Below, one piece after another: positions 1 to 10,329 of a stretch of 64,000 nt of DNA (the first letter of the stretch is position 1; every line of letters starts with the position of its first letter). The notes below the pieces were generated by a model, which ran no database searches, was not told the origin of the DNA, and saw nothing but the letters and a program-made list of their open reading frames with translations. Origin of the DNA: Phycisphaerales bacterium. GTDB lineage: Bacteria > Planctomycetota > Phycisphaerae > Sedimentisphaerales > Anaerobacaceae. Location of the stretch: positions 22,520 to 86,519 of the forward strand of contig PMZJ01000041.1 of the NCBI GenBank assembly GCA_003170415.1, given 5' to 3'. A program made the position numbers and the translations under genes.

Positions 1-100
1 CACTAATGGCTTGGCCATCCCTTTGCCGAAAGGCATCCCTTCCGGGACCGGGAGGCACTAAGTCGATTTTAGATTATTTCGGCGGGGTTCTTCGACTAAT

Positions 101-1033
101 ATGGCCCCAGTTGCGATTACAGTCAAAAATACAAGTAAAAGTTTCGGCAAGGTGAATGCCGTCCGCGACCTGAGTTTCGAGGTCGAGGCCGATACCTGCT
201 ATGGTTTCCTGGGTCCAAACGGCGCAGGCAAGACAACGATGATGAAGATGCTCTACGGCAAATGCACAATCGAGAACGCAGACGGCGCATCTATCGACGT
301 GTTCGGCTATAACCCCGTTAAAGACGAGCTTGCAATCAAATATCTATCGGGCGTCGTCCCGCAGGAAAACAATCTTGACGAGGAGCTTGACGTAATAAGC
401 AACCTGATGGTTTATTCGCGGTTTTATGCACTGCCGCGCAAGGCCGCCACGAGCAGGATTGATTACCTTCTTGGGTTTATGGAATTGTCGGACAAACGCA
501 CCGCCAGAATCAGGGAGCTTTCGGGCGGTATGCAGCGGCGATTGATTATCGCGCGTGCGCTGATGAATAATCCGAAACTTTTAATCCTCGATGAACCCAC
601 CACGGGCCTTGACCCGCAGGTGCGACACTTGATATGGGACAAGCTGCGACAGCTCAAAAGGCACGGCACAACGATTCTTTTGACGACGCACTATATGGAA
701 GAGGCGTTTGCGCTTTGCGATACGATTTTGATTATGGATAAAGGGGCCGGAATGCTTCGCGGGTCGCCGGCTGAACTGCTGGCGAAAAATGTCGAGAAGC
801 ACGTTCTTGAAATTACGGGCAGTCATTCGCTTGAAGCGATAGCAGACGGCACGATACTGCAAAAGCTTCGAATCGACCGCACGCAGGAGACAACGCGGGT
901 GTATTGTGATGATGACCAGCTTCTGCGGCAATTGGCCGGTCGATTAGAGGGCGCACATTACTTTTTGAGACAGGCGAATCTTGAAGATGTGTTCTTAAAG
1001 GCAACAGGCAGGGCGCTAAATGAAAGACAATAG
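101..1033 (+). CDS. ABC transporter ATP-binding protein (NodI/DrrA-like)
   Basis: Walker A GPNGAGKTT, signature LSGGM, Walker B LLILDEPT, H-loop TTHYMEE. Confidence 0.92.
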   Translation: MAPVAITVKNTSKSFGKVNAVRDLSFEVEADTCYGFLGPNGAGKTTMMKMLYGKCTIENADGASIDVFGYNPVKDELAIKYLSGVVPQENNLDEELDVISNLMVYSRFYALPRKAATSRIDYLLGFMELSDKRTARIRELSGGMQRRLIIARALMNNPKLLILDEPTTGLDPQVRHLIWDKLRQLKRHGTTILLTTHYMEEAFALCDTILIMDKGAGMLRGSPAELLAKNVEKHVLEITGSHSLEAIADGTILQKLRIDRTQETTRVYCDDDQLLRQLAGRLEGAHYFLRQANLEDVFLKATGRALNERQ

Positions 1034-1811
1034 GCCATATCTTTATCCGCCGCTTGCCAGCCGATTGTTCAGCGTCTGGTTCCGGCATATGCGGGTCTAT
1101 ACGAAAAATATCTTCAGCAACGGGTTGCCTCCGTTTCTTGAGCCGCTGATTTTTTTGGCGGGCGTCGGCTTAGGTCTGGGCAAATACATAACCCAGTCGA
1201 TGGAAGGGCTTACCTATATCGAGTTTCTCGGGACAGGACTTCTTATGACAGCGGCGATGTTTACCGCGTCGTTCGAATGTACATTCGGCACATTTATCAG
1301 GATGGAATTCGAGAAGGTTTATGATGGGATGCTGGCTGCGCCGATTACCGCCAACAACCTGATTATCGGGGAAATCATCTGGGCGGGGACAAAGGGATTT
1401 TTCTTCTCGTTTGCAGTGCTGTGCGTGCTGACCTGTTTCGGCATAATATCTTTGCCGCGCGGTTTGCTCGCGCCGTTTATAGGGTTTTTTACGGGAATGA
1501 TGTTTTCCGTTATGGCGTTATTGGTAACGTCATTTGTCAGGACGATTAATCATTTCAATTTTTATTTTTCAGGTTTTATCTCGCCGATGTTTTTCTTTTC
1601 GGGCGTGGTCTTTCCGATTTCAAATCTGCCCGCTTATGTTCGCCCCTTCGCCGAGATTATTCCATTGACGCATTCCGTCCGTCTCACCCGCGCCGTCTGT
1701 GCAGGCCAATACCACTGGTATCTTCTGCTCGATATGCTTTACATCATCGCCTTTATCATCGTCGTCGGCTTTTTCGCAGTCAAACGACTCAAAAAACGAC
1801 TGGTATATTAA
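1020..1811 (+). CDS. ABC-2 type permease (NodJ-like)
   Basis: About 6 hydrophobic segments, FSGVVFP and PLTHSV motifs; overlaps the ATPase gene. Confidence 0.9.
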   Translation: MKDNRPYLYPPLASRLFSVWFRHMRVYTKNIFSNGLPPFLEPLIFLAGVGLGLGKYITQSMEGLTYIEFLGTGLLMTAAMFTASFECTFGTFIRMEFEKVYDGMLAAPITANNLIIGEIIWAGTKGFFFSFAVLCVLTCFGIISLPRGLLAPFIGFFTGMMFSVMALLVTSFVRTINHFNFYFSGFISPMFFFSGVVFPISNLPAYVRPFAEIIPLTHSVRLTRAVCAGQYHWYLLLDMLYIIAFIIVVGFFAVKRLKKRLVY

Positions 1812-1884
1812 ATCAAGCATTCTATAATTAAGGATAGTTTGGATGATAAAATATTTGTCTCGGTAAGGATGAAGGAGGTCCCCA

Positions 1885-3363
1885 ATGAGAGCTTTTGTTT
1901 TCTTAACGGCAGTATTGGCAAGTTTGCTATTAGTGGCAGGCCCGGCCAAATCAGAAGAAGCTGCGCAGAGTCCGGTCGGGAGCTGGCAAAGTGTTGATTA
2001 TGTCGAAAATATAGAGAGCTTCAAACCGGATAAAAAAAGCTGGCAGGGCGAGCTTTTCCTTAAAGAAATTGAATTCCTCGATGGCGGCAGAACTTCTCTT
2101 GCTTTTCGGTGGGAAAATGACTGGCTGCTGCACGAGGACGGCAAAACCAAAGCACAGTATTACATCAGGCAGATGGACAACTCGATGTATCTTTTTATGC
2201 CTTGGTTAAGCGGCGATGTCGCAATTCGTGGTCAGAAACCATGGTATTATGTTCTCAAAAAAGTTTCCGATAAAACACAACCGTCGGGCAAAGAGCAAAC
2301 TGCTACGCATGGACCCCAAGGGGCTTTCCGGGCCATCGAACCCGTCGATTCCGTCAAGGAATTCGATGATGTTCGTGACAGGGACCTGAGCAAACTACGG
2401 CCGGCGGCGGTTGTCGCTGTCATTTCTACGCTCGATTTCAATAAAGACACCGTTTGGCCCGACCAGAATCTGCCTCCCGGAAAACGCCCGGAGAAGCTGC
2501 TTGAAGAAGCAATGAATCCCGGCCTGGGCGTAAGAGCGCTTCACCGTCAGGGGATAACAGGCAAGGGTGTCAACGTTGCGATTATCGACCAGGGGCTTTA
2601 TCAGGACCATCCGGAATTTGCAGGCAAGATAGTCGCTTATTATGACTCCGGATGCAATTCCGAAAGCAGTATGCACGGTCCTGCTGTCGCCAGTTTACTC
2701 GTAGGGGCCAACTGCGGGACTGCGCCTGACGCGAAGTTATATTATGCAGCGGCGCCGTCCTGGCTGAAGGATTCCTCCTATTACGCCAAGGCAATTGACT
2801 GGATAATCGAACAAAATTCAAAACTTCCTGCCGGCCAGAAGATTCGCGTTGTCTCAGTTTCTGCGGCCCCATCCGGGGAGGGTTCGCCCTTTGAAAAAAA
2901 TCAGCAGATGTGGGACCAGGCCTGCGCTCGTGCCGAGGCCGCAGGCCTCCTTGTCCTTGATTGCACCAGGCACCATGGTATCATTGGGCGATGTTTTTTT
3001 GATGCGGGGAATCGCGAAGACCCTTCGCAATGTTTGATAGGCATGCATCCCGGTGACAAAGTAGATCCAATGGATGATAGAGTTTACGCCCCAAGTGGTC
3101 CTCGAACAACGGCCGAACAGTATCAAGAAAACCGATTCACTTATCAGTATAATGGCCGGGGTGGCCTGAGCTGGACTATACCATACGTCGCGGGCGTTCT
3201 TGCTATGGGCTGGCAGGTAAATCCGGGTCTTGGACCGGAGCAAATGAAAGAGATACTTTTCAATTCGGCCGCAAAGGGACAAAACGGCGCAAAGATAATT
3301 GACCCGCAGAGATTTATCGGAATGGTCAGGACCGCCAAACCTAAAAGAGTCCCAAATCACTGA
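1885..3363 (+). CDS. Secreted S8 (subtilisin-like) serine peptidase
   Basis: Signal peptide; catalytic motifs VAIIDQG, MHGPAVAS and GLSWTIPYVAG; AAGGAGG RBS. Confidence 0.85.
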   Translation: MRAFVFLTAVLASLLLVAGPAKSEEAAQSPVGSWQSVDYVENIESFKPDKKSWQGELFLKEIEFLDGGRTSLAFRWENDWLLHEDGKTKAQYYIRQMDNSMYLFMPWLSGDVAIRGQKPWYYVLKKVSDKTQPSGKEQTATHGPQGAFRAIEPVDSVKEFDDVRDRDLSKLRPAAVVAVISTLDFNKDTVWPDQNLPPGKRPEKLLEEAMNPGLGVRALHRQGITGKGVNVAIIDQGLYQDHPEFAGKIVAYYDSGCNSESSMHGPAVASLLVGANCGTAPDAKLYYAAAPSWLKDSSYYAKAIDWIIEQNSKLPAGQKIRVVSVSAAPSGEGSPFEKNQQMWDQACARAEAAGLLVLDCTRHHGIIGRCFFDAGNREDPSQCLIGMHPGDKVDPMDDRVYAPSGPRTTAEQYQENRFTYQYNGRGGLSWTIPYVAGVLAMGWQVNPGLGPEQMKEILFNSAAKGQNGAKIIDPQRFIGMVRTAKPKRVPNH

Positions 3364-4244
3364 CTTAATGCGGCGATTACGCTCATTGCGTTAAAAAGCG
3401 CGTGGACAAAGATGGAACGGAAAAGCGACCCGCTTTTTTCATAAGTATAGCCGAGGCAAATCGACAGGGCGAACAAGGCGGGCCAGTGCGGGGCGTTGGC
3501 GTGAAAAACAACGAAGACAAACGATGCCAGAAAAATCGCGGGCCAGGGTCTGACGATATATGACCGAAAAAGAGTTTGGAGCATCCCGCGGAAAATAAGC
3601 TCCTCGACAAACGGCACGACCACAACAGCGGTGAAAACAATCAGGACGCGAACCTGCCACTGGGAATAGGCGATGATTTCCTTTAATTCCTCGTGCTGGG
3701 GCATTTGAAATTTGTCGCCTAAGATTAATTTGCCGATTATGGTTGTCAGGATAATCGCGCCGAGGACGGCCGGCATAACGGCTAACAAATTGAGCAAAGC
3801 GGCGACAAAATCACGTGGAATGGTTCTCGGATTAAGCCCAAGACCCTTGAGGCCGCGGACAAAAGCTATTTTTGCTATTATTACGCTCGTCACGAGTGCG
3901 GGGATTACGCCGACGCAAAGCACCAGATTTTCCGCGATTGCATTTTGCCAGTCGGGCAGGGCCGCCAACAATTTTTCCTTGATGAAAAGCAACACTGATA
4001 CCGTCCCGAACCACAAAAAAAACGGTACAAGAGCCAATAGGGGCGGCATATTATTTTCCCGGGGCGGTGCGTTGTCGAGCGCCTTTGTGCCCAGAGATGT
4101 CCTGATTGCCCAGACAGACAGCACCAATGTGCCGCCCAGGCAGACAATGAGGTCCGCTATGGTGGTCTGGCCGCCAAGCTCTTCGAGAATACTTGCTATC
4201 TTTGCGATATCCACAATTGCCGCTGTCTCTCTTGATAAAAACAA
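3357..4244 (-). CDS. CPBP/Abi (CAAX) intramembrane metalloprotease; start uncertain (GTG at 4214 possible)
   Basis: EELIFRG, FVVFH and VHALFN motifs; multiple TM helices. Confidence 0.88.
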   Translation of the reverse strand: MFLSRETAAIVDIAKIASILEELGGQTTIADLIVCLGGTLVLSVWAIRTSLGTKALDNAPPRENNMPPLLALVPFFLWFGTVSVLLFIKEKLLAALPDWQNAIAENLVLCVGVIPALVTSVIIAKIAFVRGLKGLGLNPRTIPRDFVAALLNLLAVMPAVLGAIILTTIIGKLILGDKFQMPQHEELKEIIAYSQWQVRVLIVFTAVVVVPFVEELIFRGMLQTLFRSYIVRPWPAIFLASFVFVVFHANAPHWPALFALSICLGYTYEKSGSLFRSIFVHALFNAMSVIAALSQ

Positions 4245-4296
4245 TCGTTTGTATTACCATACACGAAGTCGATTTCGCTTTTCAAGGAAAATAGAT

Positions 4297-5574
4297 ATGG
4301 ACACATTTCGAATCGAAGGACCGGTTCGGCTTTCGGGTACGGTATCCGTCAACGGGTCGAAGAACGCGTCACTGCCGATTATGGCAGCGGCGATACTGGC
4401 GCCGGGCAAATCAATCCTGAGGGGCGCTCCCCGGCTTTCGGATATTTCGGTTTTTGGACAGTTGCTCGTGGACATCGGCTGCAAGGTGGCGAGAGAACCC
4501 AACGGCGATATCAGCATTGACTCGACCACAATAGGCAAACCCGTGGGCGAATATGACATCGTCCGCAAGATGCGGGCGGGAATTTGTATTCTCGGCCCGC
4601 TTCTGGCGCGGTGCGGCAAGGCCCAGGTCTCGATGCCCGGCGGCTGCGCAATTGGTTATCGCCCGGTCGATATCCACCTTCGCGGCCTGCGCGAGCTTGG
4701 GGTTCATATTGACCTCGAAAACGGCTACATCGTCGCGGACGCGACAAAGGGCTTGCGGGGCAGCGAGATATTTTTGGGCGGGCCTTTCGGCTCAACTGTT
4801 CTTGGCACGGCAAATGTGATGATGGCGGCGACATTAGCCAAAGGCAAAACGGTAATCGAATCCGCGGCCTGTGAGCCGGAAGTTACAGATTTGGCGAACT
4901 GCCTCAACAAAATGGGCGCAAAAATAACCGGCATCGGCTCGCCTCGTCTGACAATCGAGGGCGTCAAGCAGCTAAAACCTTTCGAATACGAAGTTATACC
5001 TGACCGCATTGAGGCAGGGACATTTATGGCAGCAGCCGCAATTACAAAAGGTTGCCTGCATATACAAAACTGCCGGCTCGGAGACCTGATGGCGGTCGTT
5101 GACAAGCTCCGCAATATCGGTGTTACCGTAGAGGCCGAAAATTCCGGGTGTATAGTCGCCTGCTCAGGGCACGTCAGGCCGACAGATATCACAACCCAGC
5201 CCTATCCAGGTTTTCCCACCGACCTTCAGGCGCAATTTATGGCGTTGCTGGCCCTGGCGGAGGGAAACAGCATTATAATCGAAAAGATTTTCCCGGACAG
5301 GTTTATGCACGTCGCGGAGCTTGCGCGAATGGCAGCCGACCTGAGAAAAGAAGGAGCGGCTGTAATTGTATCGGGGGTAAAGAAACTTGTCGCGGCACCG
5401 GTTATGGCGTCGGACCTGCGCGCATCAGCGGCTCTTGTAATAGCGGCACTGGCTGCAGAAGGCACAACCGTAATCAACAGGGTTTATCACATCGACCGCG
5501 GCTACGAAAAAATCGAGGAGCGGCTTAATCCCGTCGGCGCAAAAATCACCCGTGAAGGCGACGGTTCGGTATAG
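4297..5574 (+). CDS. murA: UDP-N-acetylglucosamine 1-carboxyvinyltransferase
   Basis: GSKNASLP, PGGCAIG (active-site Cys), PGFPTDLQ, DLRASA, HIDRGYE; start ATG 4297 after AAGGA. Confidence 0.97.
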   Translation: MDTFRIEGPVRLSGTVSVNGSKNASLPIMAAAILAPGKSILRGAPRLSDISVFGQLLVDIGCKVAREPNGDISIDSTTIGKPVGEYDIVRKMRAGICILGPLLARCGKAQVSMPGGCAIGYRPVDIHLRGLRELGVHIDLENGYIVADATKGLRGSEIFLGGPFGSTVLGTANVMMAATLAKGKTVIESAACEPEVTDLANCLNKMGAKITGIGSPRLTIEGVKQLKPFEYEVIPDRIEAGTFMAAAAITKGCLHIQNCRLGDLMAVVDKLRNIGVTVEAENSGCIVACSGHVRPTDITTQPYPGFPTDLQAQFMALLALAEGNSIIIEKIFPDRFMHVAELARMAADLRKEGAAVIVSGVKKLVAAPVMASDLRASAALVIAALAAEGTTVINRVYHIDRGYEKIEERLNPVGAKITREGDGSV

Positions 5575-5583
5575 GACTAAAAG

Positions 5584-6138
5584 ATGAAGAAGATTCTTGC
5601 AGTCATCGGCAGTCCTCGCAAGGGCGGCAATACTGATTTGCTTGTCCGCAAATTGGTCGAAGGGGCGGTGTCGAAAGGTGCGCAGGTCGATACGATTTGG
5701 CTGGCGGGCTTGAATATCCGTGAGTGCGACGGCTGTCATGTCTGCTGGAAAGGCAAACCCTGCTGCAAACGCGACGATATGCTCGGGCTGTATCAGAAAA
5801 TAAGCGAAAGCGACGCGATTGTGTTCGGCACACCTGTTTACTGGTTTGGGCCTACGGCGATAATGAAGGCGTTTATAGACCGGTTCGTGTATTTCAACTG
5901 CCCTGAAAACAGGGTGAAAATCAAAGGCAAAAACACGGCTACAATAATACCTTTCGAAGACGACGACCTCGACACCGCAAGACCTCTCGTTGAGCTTTTT
6001 GAAAAGTCGTTCGACTACCTTGAGATGCGATTAGTCGGCAGCGTAGTTGTGGGCGGGGTGGGCGAGAAGGGCGATGTTCTCAAAAAGCCGGACCGGCTGA
6101 ATGAGGCGTACGAACTGGGCATTCGGCTGGCGGATTAA
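5584..6138 (+). CDS. Iron-sulfur flavoprotein / NADPH-dependent FMN reductase family
   Basis: GSPRKGGNT, Cx2Cx2Cx5C, GTPVYW, KAFIDR. Confidence 0.88.
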   Translation: MKKILAVIGSPRKGGNTDLLVRKLVEGAVSKGAQVDTIWLAGLNIRECDGCHVCWKGKPCCKRDDMLGLYQKISESDAIVFGTPVYWFGPTAIMKAFIDRFVYFNCPENRVKIKGKNTATIIPFEDDDLDTARPLVELFEKSFDYLEMRLVGSVVVGGVGEKGDVLKKPDRLNEAYELGIRLAD

Positions 6139-6223
6139 CCGATGTGAGCTACAAAGTTTAGCACCTGCCGCGGCAACCTTCGTATAACCCGTAAAATTTT
6201 GTTTATACAGAAACAATAACTTT

Positions 6224-6988
6224 ATGAAATGGTCGATAAACGCAGGCCGGCTGTTCGGCATACAATTCCGCATTCACGTTACGTTCTTTTTGCTGCTGCT
6301 GTATGTGTTCTTCTCGGATATAAAGGAGGGCTTTGGGCAGGCCGGGTTGTCGGTGCTGTTCGTGTGCGCGATATTCGCCTGCGTTGTAATTCACGAGCTT
6401 TCGCACAGTTTGGTCGCCCGCCATTTCGGCAGGGAGCCAAAGAGCATCACACTGCTGCCCATAGGGGGCGTCGCCGCAATCGATATGATGCCGACCAAGC
6501 CGTCGCAGGAAATAGTGATATCGATCGTCGGCCCGGCCACAAATATCGCGATAGCGATTCTGCTTGTCTTATTTGGCGGCTCGTCAATAGCTGCTGCTCT
6601 CAATAAGAGCGTCAATCCGACCACGTCTCAATTATTCATCGTAAATCTTATTGTGGCCAACATAGTGCTGGCAGTGTTCAATCTCATACCGGCGCTGCCT
6701 ATGGACGGCGGCAGGGTTTTTAGAAGCATTCTTGCGTTGAAATTTGGTTTTCTGCGAGCTACGTTGTGGGCGGTAACAGTCGGCAAAGTAATAGCCGTTC
6801 TTTTTGTCGTCCTCGGGTTTTTCTACAACCCGTGGCTTGTGCTGATTGGCCTTTTCATTTTCGCCGGCGCAAACAGCGAAAGGCAGCAGGCAATCTACCT
6901 GACGATGCTTGCTCAAAGACCGCCCGATTTGACAATACCGCCCGAATATATTAACTTAAACCAGGATGACCGGATTACGCGGCAATAA
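6224..6988 (+). CDS. Site-2 protease (M50) membrane metalloprotease
   Basis: HELSH and FNLIPALPMDGG motifs. Confidence 0.92.
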   Translation: MKWSINAGRLFGIQFRIHVTFFLLLLYVFFSDIKEGFGQAGLSVLFVCAIFACVVIHELSHSLVARHFGREPKSITLLPIGGVAAIDMMPTKPSQEIVISIVGPATNIAIAILLVLFGGSSIAAALNKSVNPTTSQLFIVNLIVANIVLAVFNLIPALPMDGGRVFRSILALKFGFLRATLWAVTVGKVIAVLFVVLGFFYNPWLVLIGLFIFAGANSERQQAIYLTMLAQRPPDLTIPPEYINLNQDDRITRQ

Positions 6989-7035
6989 CCGCGTAGCCAG
7001 ACAATATCACCGTTATCGATTGGAGGTATAAGGAT

Positions 7036-8280
7036 ATGTCGAGGCGAGATGACAAAGGAATCGGTCGCAGGGATTTTCTGAAGACAGCGGGATTGATAGG
7101 CGTGGGCAGCGTAATCACGGCGGCAAAAGTCAACGCGGCTGATGCCAATGGGCAGAATGTGCCGGCGGCACAGCCCCCAATTCAAAAAGTGCCGAAACGA
7201 AAACTCGGCAAAACGGGAGTCGAAGTCCCAATACTATCGCTTGGCTTTGGCAGGCCCGGCGAACAGGCGGTTTTGAGGCAGTCTCTCGACTGGGGCGTAA
7301 ATCACTGGGATACGTCGCTGGCGGCGGCAAACGGGGCGAGCGAACAAAGCATCGGCGATTTTATCGCAAAAAATCCCGACCGCCGGAAAGATATATTCCT
7401 CGTTACAAAGGAAAATAAATCGAAAACGCCCGACGATTTGGGAAAATGCCTGCAAACATCACTGAAGCAGCTCAATACGAATTACATCGACCTGTATTTC
7501 GGCGTTTATATGGTAAATGATATGGTCCGGCTGACCGACGACGTAAAAAACTGGGCCCAAAACGCCAAGAAGCAAGGCGTGATAAAACACTTCGGCTTCA
7601 CCACCCACGAGAATATGCCTCAGTGTCTTATGGCCGCCTCAAAGCTCGATTGGATTGACGCCATAATGATGAAGTATGACTTCCGGCTAATGCAGGATAA
7701 GCAGATGCAGGACGCAATCGATGCCTGCCACAAAGCGGGTATCGGGCTTATCGCAATGAAGACGCAGGCAATGCGACAACGCAACGCCTCGACTGACCCT
7801 AATGCCGAAGCCGACAAAAAAATGCTTGCTCATTTTCTCGAAAAGGGCTTCACCGAAGGGCAGGCGAAAATAAAGGCCGTAATGGACGACCAGCGTATCA
7901 GCACGGTTTGCTCTTCGATGACCAGCACTACAATGCTGATGACCAATATTGCTGCGGCCCTCGACAAAACCAAACTTGCCGCCGAGGATATGGATGTGCT
8001 CAGGCAATACGCACAGGCGACGTGCAGCGGGTATTGCGCGGGCTGCGCGCATATTTGCGAGCCGGCGGCTTTGGGCGTGCCGGTCGGCGATATTATGCGG
8101 GCATTGATGTATCACGACAGCTACGGCGATATTGCACAGGCGAAAGCGGTGTTCGCGGAGATTCCGGCTGACGTAAAACAGCGTTTGCTGAGCGTCGATT
8201 ACAGCGTCGCGGAACACGTCTGCCCGAACCGTATGCAGATAGGCAAACTCATCGCGGACGCGGCAGCCAAACTGGCGTAG
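7036..8280 (+). CDS. Aldo/keto reductase with Tat-like leader and C-terminal Fe-S cysteines
   Basis: GRRDFLK; RKLGKTG, IFLVTK and SLKQLNTNYIDLY motifs; CAGCAHIC...VCP. Confidence 0.88.
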   Translation: MSRRDDKGIGRRDFLKTAGLIGVGSVITAAKVNAADANGQNVPAAQPPIQKVPKRKLGKTGVEVPILSLGFGRPGEQAVLRQSLDWGVNHWDTSLAAANGASEQSIGDFIAKNPDRRKDIFLVTKENKSKTPDDLGKCLQTSLKQLNTNYIDLYFGVYMVNDMVRLTDDVKNWAQNAKKQGVIKHFGFTTHENMPQCLMAASKLDWIDAIMMKYDFRLMQDKQMQDAIDACHKAGIGLIAMKTQAMRQRNASTDPNAEADKKMLAHFLEKGFTEGQAKIKAVMDDQRISTVCSSMTSTTMLMTNIAAALDKTKLAAEDMDVLRQYAQATCSGYCAGCAHICEPAALGVPVGDIMRALMYHDSYGDIAQAKAVFAEIPADVKQRLLSVDYSVAEHVCPNRMQIGKLIADAAAKLA

Positions 8281-8300
8281 GCAGTTGCGGGAAACAAGTT

Positions 8301-8720
8301 ATGATTCGGATAACCGATGACACGGTCATCAGCGAGGGTGATATCGTTTATCGATTTTCCCGCAGCGCCGGCCCCGGCGGGCAGAACGTCAACAAGGTCA
8401 ATACCCGCGTTACGCTTCTTTTTGATATTAACCACAGTCGAGGTTTAACGGCTGAACAAAAAGAGCTTCTGTTTGACCGGCTTTCGTCGCGGATTTCAGA
8501 CGACGGATTTTTGACGGTTGTCTCACAGAGGCACAGGACCCAAAGCGCAAATCGCAAATCAGCACAAAACCGTCTCGTCGAATTGCTCAAATTTGCCTTG
8601 AGAGATATACCCGTAAGAAAAGAAACCGGTGTTCCGCACGGTGAAAAGCGGAAACGCCTGCTCCGCAAACGCCGACGAAGTGAAATTAAACAGATGAGAA
8701 GATCGGTAAAGTTAGATTAA
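8301..8720 (+). CDS. arfB: Alternative ribosome rescue peptidyl-tRNA hydrolase
   Basis: RSAGPGGQNVNKV, RTQSAN, basic C-terminal tail. Confidence 0.93.
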   Translation: MIRITDDTVISEGDIVYRFSRSAGPGGQNVNKVNTRVTLLFDINHSRGLTAEQKELLFDRLSSRISDDGFLTVVSQRHRTQSANRKSAQNRLVELLKFALRDIPVRKETGVPHGEKRKRLLRKRRRSEIKQMRRSVKLD

Positions 8721-8721
8721 A

Positions 8722-8850
8722 CCCTCATTTTTACGCTGAAAACGGTACTTGCCCCTCATTTAGACGCTAAAAACGCAACTTGCCCTTCGGTTTAGAGAAA
8801 AAAACCTCATTATTACACTGAAAACGATACTTGCCCCTACTTGCCCCTCG
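8722..8850. repeat. Three degenerate 31-bp direct repeats
   Basis: ccctcatttttacgctgaaaacggtacttgc / ccctcatttagacgctaaaaacgcaacttgc / acctcattattacactgaaaacgatacttgc, plus extra ttgcccct. Confidence 0.75.
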
Positions 8851-8963
8851 GTTTTGTGTATGGGAGGCGCTACGCGAGAAATTTGAGCAGTCGATAGTCG
8901 AAAGTTGAAAAAATAATGAGGATGAGGAATGCTGCGCTACGAGGGGTATGCAAGTTACCCAGA

Positions 8964-9199
8964 TTAACCCCGTGAGATAGCGAAACGGCATCTCACGGGG
9001 TGAACACAGATTTTTTAGACGCTGATTTACGCAAAGTTACGCTTTTTTTTTGACACTGATTAACACAGGATTAACACGGTTTATGTCAGCCGGGGTGGCA
9101 TACTCGCAACAGTCATTTCTCGATACGAGTATCTGTGAATGCCTGCTACTCGTCTGCCGGGCGACGATGTCGCCCACGCTGTTAGTGTTTACCGGCTGG
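8964..9199. repeat. Palindromic REP-like elements embedded in (a)acacagat-type short repeats
   Basis: ccccgtgagat...atctcacgggg hairpin; an element bounded by cagccgg...ccggctg with internal atactcg/cgagtat and gggcgac/gtcgccc stems. Confidence 0.6.
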
Positions 9200-9563
9200 T
9201 ATAAAACACAGATTTAAGATGCGGCATTCGTAGTTTGCTTCAAAGAGCGAAGAATGGCTGACAACTTTTTACTTCCTCCCTCCATGTAAAAATCATTTGT
9301 GGTGGCGCTCTCGCTGCATGCGGCGGTCTTTGCCGAAGACAACGATTGTCGAAAACATTTCGCAGTTTTGTCATATAAGTATATCCTTAACCAAAAACTT
9401 AAAACCGATTTATTTGGCAATGCTGGGGACATACTACAACTGAACAAAAATGCGGAATTTTGTTCTGTGAAGATTTTTTATTGACTCTCGGTAAGTAACG
9501 GATGATGCTGAAGTTACGTGAAAAGATTTTTTTGACTACGCATACATAGCAAAAACAACAAAA

Positions 9564-10298
9564 TCAATTTTGTTTTTTGTTCTGTTTTTTTAGATAGCGG
9601 CGACAAGCTATTTCAGCTGCTTTACCGCTTTTCAGGTTGTGTTCCTCGGCAGTTTCCTGCCAAGCTTGCTGTTTATGTCTTGTCCCTTGGTACTTTTGCT
9701 CAAAAGTGGCATATACTCTTCGCAGAATTTTCTCATTATATTTCTTGGGACGGCCACGCCCTTTTGATTTTGTTTTCTTGCCGTTTTGCTTTGTGCTGGC
9801 AGGGTCGGCTTGTAGTTCTTTCCCCCGCCGCAGCGAAAATTGCAGCACTTTCAGGCGCTTCAGAATGTCTTCCCAACTGAGGTCATTAAGTTCCGATTGG
9901 GGGACATAGCAGTGCCTTAATAAAAAATCTCGAATTGTATCCATATCATAAGACCCAACGGTCTGCCCTATGAGTCGAAGTTCCTCTATGGTCAATCGGT
10001 TTTTTCTCCAATACAACTCGTAGTCAAGTTGTTTCAGCGCCTTGTGTTCCTTTTTGGTTAGAGGATTTTTTAGAAATTTTAGAAAAAGACGTTTATATTC
10101 GTCCTTGTCCCTGCGATGGACTGTTATTTCGTAGCGTGCATCCGTTTGACCCTGACGAAATGGATAGAAAGGAAAAATCTCCGCGATGTCCTGCAATACC
10201 CGATTATATGGATTCTCCGGCTCACCGTCTGCATTTTTAACGGTTTCGCTCACATCGGACTCAGCTTTGGCTTGCAATTGTCGTTTCGATTTGCTCAT
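9564..10298 (-). CDS. Hypothetical protein with AT-hook-like GRGRPKK and a basic helical C-terminus (possible DNA binding)
   Basis: 244-aa ORF in an AT-rich islet; AAGGA upstream. Confidence 0.6.
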   Translation of the reverse strand: MSKSKRQLQAKAESDVSETVKNADGEPENPYNRVLQDIAEIFPFYPFRQGQTDARYEITVHRRDKDEYKRLFLKFLKNPLTKKEHKALKQLDYELYWRKNRLTIEELRLIGQTVGSYDMDTIRDFLLRHCYVPQSELNDLSWEDILKRLKVLQFSLRRGKELQADPASTKQNGKKTKSKGRGRPKKYNEKILRRVYATFEQKYQGTRHKQQAWQETAEEHNLKSGKAAEIACRRYLKKQNKKQN

Positions 10299-10329
10299 CG
10301 TTCACCTGTCCTTTTCGGGTCGGTTTGAG

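Noticed and set aside
3712..4296. 195-aa N-terminal extension of MurA in the ORF track
   Set aside because: It is the antisense shadow of the CPBP gene; MurA homology and an RBS begin at ATG 4297
8722..8850. Possible mini-CRISPR array
   Set aside because: The repeats are degenerate and largely abutting, with no unique spacers and no cas genes
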